From NCBI GenBank assembly GCA_964035545.1, contig CAXIUT010000194.1, forward strand, positions 1 to 15,045: DNA of 15,045 bases. Reading direction: 5' to 3'. Source of the DNA: Bugula neritina. Taxonomy: Eukaryota > Animalia > Bryozoa. The position numbers and the translations under genes were made by a program. Below, in pieces: positions 10,431 through 15,045 of this stretch (its first letter is position 1; the number at the start of each line of letters is the position of its first letter). The notes under the pieces were generated by a model. The model made no database searches. It was not told the DNA's origin and was given only the letters and a program-made list of their open reading frames with translations.

Positions 10431-11708
10431 TCATTGAGCTTGGCAACCAACTCCTCCCTATTCCTACTCTCCTTCATCTTATTGCTTCTTTCCTCCCTAT
10501 TAGTTAGAATTTACCCCTTCACGATCGAAATCTTCAAGCATCTAGTAGTTGTTGTCTTTTGGACGCTAGTTTATTTTACCTGGAAGAACACTAGAAAGAA
10601 CCTTTATTTGTTCTTGACTTAGCTCTTATCTCTTAGGCATTATCACCTTGAACTCAATAATCAGATTACCTTTCTCTTCCGGTTCATCAAAGAAAGGCAT
10701 ACCTAGATTCTTAACTATTTTTTTCTGACCATCTCCTATCACTTACCCTGGTCTACTATAAATAATATGTTCTTTTTCATCAAGATGAGTCAATTTGAAA
10801 TTGAATCCCAGCAATGCTTCAACCAAACTAACTGATTTTTTGATAAAAAGATCAGCTCCTTTTCTTGTAAATGTTTCATGAGTTTGTTCTTGCAAGATGA
10901 GAATGAGATCTCCAGCAGTTGCATTATCCAGTTAGTTACCTTAGTTTTAAATAGTGATTGCATGACTGGGAGGAGCACCTGGAGGAATGCTAATTGTGAG
11001 ATCTACTCCTTTCTTAACTATCTTTCTTCCTTAACAAGGTTGACACTTTCCTGACTCTCCAAATATATCACCCATTCCTTCACAAGTTGTACACTTTTAT
11101 TGCATTTGTGTGAACATTCCAGGTCCTACTTGTGCCATTTTGACTTTCACTCCTTCTCCTCGACAGTCACTACATTGAGTAGCATCCTATCCTCCTTTTC
11201 CTTTGCAAATTTAAAACATACTCTAGATCTTTATTGGAAGTAGGGAATACTGACTCCTGTGTAGAGTTGATTCAGAGTGACATCTAAAGGTTTTTTCATA
11301 GGTTGAAATTTAGGTTTTTATTTACTTTTTGGTCCCTTATGAACACCCATCATTTCCATCATTTCTAAAATACCATTAATATTACGTTTTTGTTGTTGCA
11401 TTTGTCGATCATAGAGTTTTCTTTGTTCGGGATTCGATAGAATTTCAAATGCCTAGTTTATTAGACATAACTATATTTAACATGTTTTACTTTGTCTTGA
11501 TCGGACTATTCTTATGAATTTATTTTATCTACAAGTTCTTTATGTTTTGATTATATTTACTCCAAAGTAGCATCTTCTTTCACCTGTAATATCTCATAAA
11601 ATGATTCTTCTTGCTCGTCTTATTCTTACTAATCACCTGAATATCATGAAAGATACCTTGAGGACCACCGAAACCAAAAGGAAAACCACTGCCGCCACCA
11701 AAGAACAT
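10431..11708 (-). CDS. Type I DnaJ (DNAJA/Ydj1-like) co-chaperone with degenerate J-domain and an apparent frameshift at about 11205-11218
   Basis: G/F-rich leader, J-domain helices (FYEILQV..DAT; IN(E)AFEILSNPEQRKLYD), VTLNQLYTG, four CxxCxG repeats, GDLILIL, FTRKGADLF, EALLGF, HLD, GMP, GNLIIEFKV and C-terminal CaaX (CQAQ-TGA). 20-nt introns at 11637-11656 and 11471-11490. Optional 21-nt intron at 11365-11385. Confidence 0.92.
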
Positions 11709-11766
11709 GTCAACAATAAAAGATTTAAGTATAAAATATCAAATCGATAGTAAAACTAGTCAAATA

Positions 11767-12595
11767 TCATTATTTTATATTTTATTGTCTCAGAGTCTAG
11801 AGGACAGTCCAGCATATTCCTGAATTAATTGGTTTTCTTAGAAGTCTTGGAAGGTAGCCTAAAAAATATCTTGATGGTTTTGTCTAAAGAATAAATCGTT
11901 TTGTTATCGTGAATGGTGATTCTTGGTCTTTATTGAGACTAATTTGGTTTCTTAATACTTCAAAAGGTTGCGAAAAGGTTATTGATACTATTCCAGCTAG
12001 AAAGGCAGGTAAAAAGGTAGCTTCCTGATTGAATCTCTTCTAAAATAAATCATCTTTTAGGTATCTATAGGTATTATAATGAAAAAGAGTATAGACAGTT
12101 TATCTGGCAATCGATGAACCTAATCCTTTGACATTTTATTTAGCTGAACTATTTTTAATGTAGGCAATTTATTCTTGAATAGATGTTGATGTGATACACT
12201 CCATTCTCGTTTTGAGCAGAGTCAAAGGAGCCTAGAAAGTCATTGCTATAAATTTAGCAATGACTGCACTTGAAGAAAAGTTGATGTATTTATTGATTTC
12301 AGGAAATTACTTCATGATTTTGTTTTACAATGTGATCAAACTATTGATATAGACTGTAAATCCAAAGGCCTGTCTGACAACTGCAACCGATCTAGATATA
12401 TAAAATGACATACGTTCCTCGCATATATTGTTTCCATCCTTTTTCTACAATACTTCTATGTATTTCAGCATATAGTTTTAACGAATGAATACGATTAGTT
12501 TTGATAACTTCTAGAGGCTGAGTAAGAAAGGATGCTAAAGAACCAGCTACTAGAGTTGAAAATATGTTTATTTTTGGTGATTATTAGGATGACAT
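11767..12595 (-). CDS. Mitochondrial carrier (SLC25), most like SLC25A38/Hem25 glycine carriers, 268 aa, 22-nt intron 12392-12413
   Basis: Three carrier signature repeats QPLEVIKT, APLTLLKTRME and QPFEVLRN. Also AR(E) at contact point II and GYLPRLLRKPINSGICWTVL(E). Family is secure; subfamily is an inference. Confidence 0.9.
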
Positions 12596-13208
12596 CAACG
12601 ACTATTTGTTGTATTTGGTAAAAGTATCATAATTATGTGAATTAATGATCTAATGATAATTATTTTTGTCGAATAGAATTCATAAAGAATAAATACAAGT
12701 AGAATATATATCAGTTTGATTGGTTATTGATTTATGGCTAATTTTTATTGACTCTTTTCATTTTATGATAGTATTATGATGATGATATTAGAAATAGAAA
12801 TCCTTTAAAATTCAAAAATAAACGATATTTTGATTGTTATGGCAGATTGTTGTAGTTTATAGTGATATAGTTTTTAAAAAGAAAACTAAATTATAGAATC
12901 TGAACACTACTATAATATCTGCTGCCATTATATCTCTCGTATCTTGCTACTTCCTCGACATTCCATCCAACTAACACCATCCCCTTCGATTCCCTTCCTA
13001 ATCACTACCTTTCTTCCTTCATTTCTACTATCTTCAGACCTGTTTTTCCTTTTCTTCTTGATATATTACGATGGAGGGGGGTGATAGGAGATGAAGTGGG
13101 AGTGGCTTTGGAGGGATGCTTGGGTTGAATGGGTATGATATAGAATTGTTCATATAAATATTGGGTGTATATCGTTATGATTGATGTTTTAAGTTAAAAT
13201 ATCTTCTA

Positions 13209-13295
13209 GGGGTTGGGGTTGGGGTTGGGGTTGGGGTTGGGGTTGGGGTTGGGGTTGGGGTTGGGGTTGGGGTTGGGGTTGGGGTTGGGGTTGGG
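13209..13295 (+). repeat. Telomeric tract (TTGGGG)n inside the window; probable true right end of the 1-13295 chromosome
   Basis: Perfect GGGG+(TTGGGG)13+TTGGG (87 nt) in right-end orientation. Confidence 0.97.
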
Positions 13296-13297
13296 AA

Positions 13298-14910
13298 TAT
13301 CACTAGTCGGTAGAAGACGAATCCATTCGTAATGCTCTCTAGACTCTGGATAATTCTCATTCGTTAATGCTTCTCAGTACATATGAGGATATGGGTCAGG
13401 ATCTCCTTTGTCTTAGAACAAAATTAGCCCACTAACTTGGCCAACATGAATCCTGTTCCAACTTTGCTAGGAAATCACTAGAAAGGCATTCTTCATGCCG
13501 TTTCTGTTTAACAATCTACCTATCACATTCATAGTTGATTCCCTAATAAGATTTACCATTGAAAGATTAGCTAATCAGATCGATAGAATAGATAGGCGGA
13601 TCAGTTTTATCAATGTTACCTAAATTATTATCAAGAAGTAAGAATAGTGGAGTTTATTAGCATTTAGTTCGATAATTATTGGAATCTGGAAGTATGATTA
13701 ATAAAGTAGCCATTATGTAGTGCCAGAGCTAGAGCCGTAGAGTCATTGCTGTCTAGAAAATACAAAAAGGTGAACAAATATTATTTGTACCTGGATAACA
13801 ACTTATCACCCTAGAATTGGCTAGAACCCTACCCTTAGTTCAAAAAATCATCACAACTAAACTTTTATTAAGATCCCCTAAACATACACAAATTGCTATC
13901 TTTTTATTAGAACACTTCTAGAAAGGTAATCACTCACCTTTTGCTGCCTACCTATCTACCCTACCAACAGATTTCTCTCATTTCCCAGTCAACTACAACG
14001 AATAACTCACCAAAGAACTCAAAGGAACATCCTTTATCTAACAACTATAACACAAACGACTAGATATGCGCAGAGACTATCAAGCAATCGTCGAAATTGA
14101 ATAATAGTTTTCTAGATTTTCTTTCTAGATGTTTACTCGGGCTCGTCTATTAGTCAGTTCCAGAGTATTTGGGATAGTAGTGTAAGGAGTGAAGACTGAT
14201 GCTTTGGTGCCAGTCGCTGATATGTTGAATCATCGAGTACCCAAGCATACTAGTTGGTTTTACTGTGATCGTAGAGGTGGTTTTGTGATACAGAGTTTAA
14301 AGGAGATGAGTGTGGGTGGTGAGGTATTTGACTCTTATGGTCAGAAATGTAATAGTCGGTTTTTATTGAATTATGGTTTTGTGCTTTTTAGTAATATGCA
14401 TAATTAAGTGGTAAATATGATCCAATTTAGTCACTTTAGATCGATTTGGACGGAGTGTTCGAAGGAGTGAGAATGGTAAAAATCAAAGTAAGTCGAGTCA
14501 TCTAATCCAAAGGATTCGAATAAATGATCGCACTGCTAAGAGCAAGTATCTAGGGAGAGAGAGAATAAAGAGAAGGAGAAGAAGCTGTGCTAGGTATTGA
14601 GGCACTAAAACAAACAACATTCAAAAATATGGATAATTAAATAAAAGTATGGAAATTGGTCTAAACACTAACCATCTAAAAATTAGCATAATACCCAACA
14701 AGTATAATTGAAGACAAGAAGTTGTTATAAACTTGTTCAGACAAAAACATGATGAATGTTATCATATTGAGAAAAGGCTAGAAATAGGTTTTGACTTTTT
14801 ATCAGACCATGAGTAAAAGAGTTATCAGGTTTTTAGAGAGTTAAGGTCGTAGAGGTGATGTGGGAGCTTACTAGAGTTATATCTAGAGTATTGGAATGAG
14901 TTGTGATTGA
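13298..14910 (+). CDS. SET-domain protein lysine methyltransferase (Rubisco-LSMT/SETD3-like), probably 5'-truncated, 20-nt intron 14411-14430
   Basis: R.VIA..KIQKGEQILFVP, SPFAAYLSTLP, LVSSRVFG, LVPVADMLNH, GGEVFDSYGQKCNSRFLLNYGF and a C-terminal substrate-binding domain (YPTSIIEDKKLL...LRKG(E)K(E)VL). The frame stays open upstream all the way to the telomeric tract. TGA at 14908-14910. Confidence 0.92.
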
Positions 14911-14976
14911 TTTTCATCGTGTTTTCGTTAATCATTATATATCAATTGCACTAAACTATAAAAGCAGATATGCTAA

Positions 14977-15045
14977 GGGGTTGGGGTTGGGGTTGGGGTT
15001 GGGGTTGGGGTTGGGGTTGGGGTTGGGGTTGGGGTTGGGGTTGGG
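14977..15045 (+). repeat. Right terminal telomere (TTGGGG)n
   Basis: Perfect GGGG+(TTGGGG)10+TTGGG at the end of the sequence, 66 nt after the SET gene stop. Confidence 0.98.

Noticed and set aside
260-10978. Most of the short 60-93 aa ORFs in the supplied track
   Set aside because: They were computed with TAA/TAG as stops. They are antisense or off-frame shadows, or fragments of longer table-30 genes.
13175-13360. ORF-track protein with a (PT)n repeat
   Set aside because: It is simply the telomeric repeat translated on the minus strand.
13296-13559. Minus-strand gene diverging from the SET gene
   Set aside because: The candidate frames are interrupted by TGA or lack recognisable motifs, whereas the plus-strand frame is continuous with the SET CDS.
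162-14910. Standard ciliate code (UAR=Gln) or a split code (UAA=Lys, UAG=Glu)
   Set aside because: Both TAA and TAG occupy invariant Glu sites, such as the APE glutamate of two kinases, KQALE in SBDS and PGEVI in DnaJ.
1-15045. CRISPR array, prokaryotic defence island or mass pseudogenisation
   Set aside because: The only repeats are spacer-less telomeric hexamers. The apparent premature stops are reassigned codons, and the genes are eukaryotic with introns.

Overview
This is eukaryotic, not prokaryotic, DNA: ciliate macronuclear sequence with (CCCCAA)n/(TTGGGG)n telomeres. Bases 1-13295 form an apparently complete telomere-to-telomere minichromosome of about 13.3 kb. It carries 12 tightly packed genes (spacers 58-153 nt). 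A second telomere-capped piece (13296-15045), holding a 5'-truncated SET-domain gene, is joined directly to its right telomere. The supplied ORF track is largely misleading, because TAA and TAG are sense codons here. At conserved positions of several unrelated proteins both read as Glu, not Gln, with TGA as the only stop. This is NCBI table 30, the peritrich ciliate code. Genes are interrupted by tiny GT-AG introns, mostly exactly 20 nt. Translated by hand, the genes are: a GYF-domain protein, two pseudokinases, a Cbp3/UQCC1-like chaperone, two coiled-coil hypothetical proteins, an ERICH3-N-motif protein, SBDS/Sdo1 with a C-terminal zinc finger, an RPB7-like subunit, a C2H2/AT-hook protein, a type I DnaJ lacking HPD and carrying an unexplained frameshift, an SLC25A38/Hem25-like carrier, and a Rubisco-LSMT/SETD3-like methyltransferase. 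Family assignments come from recalled motifs, not database searches.
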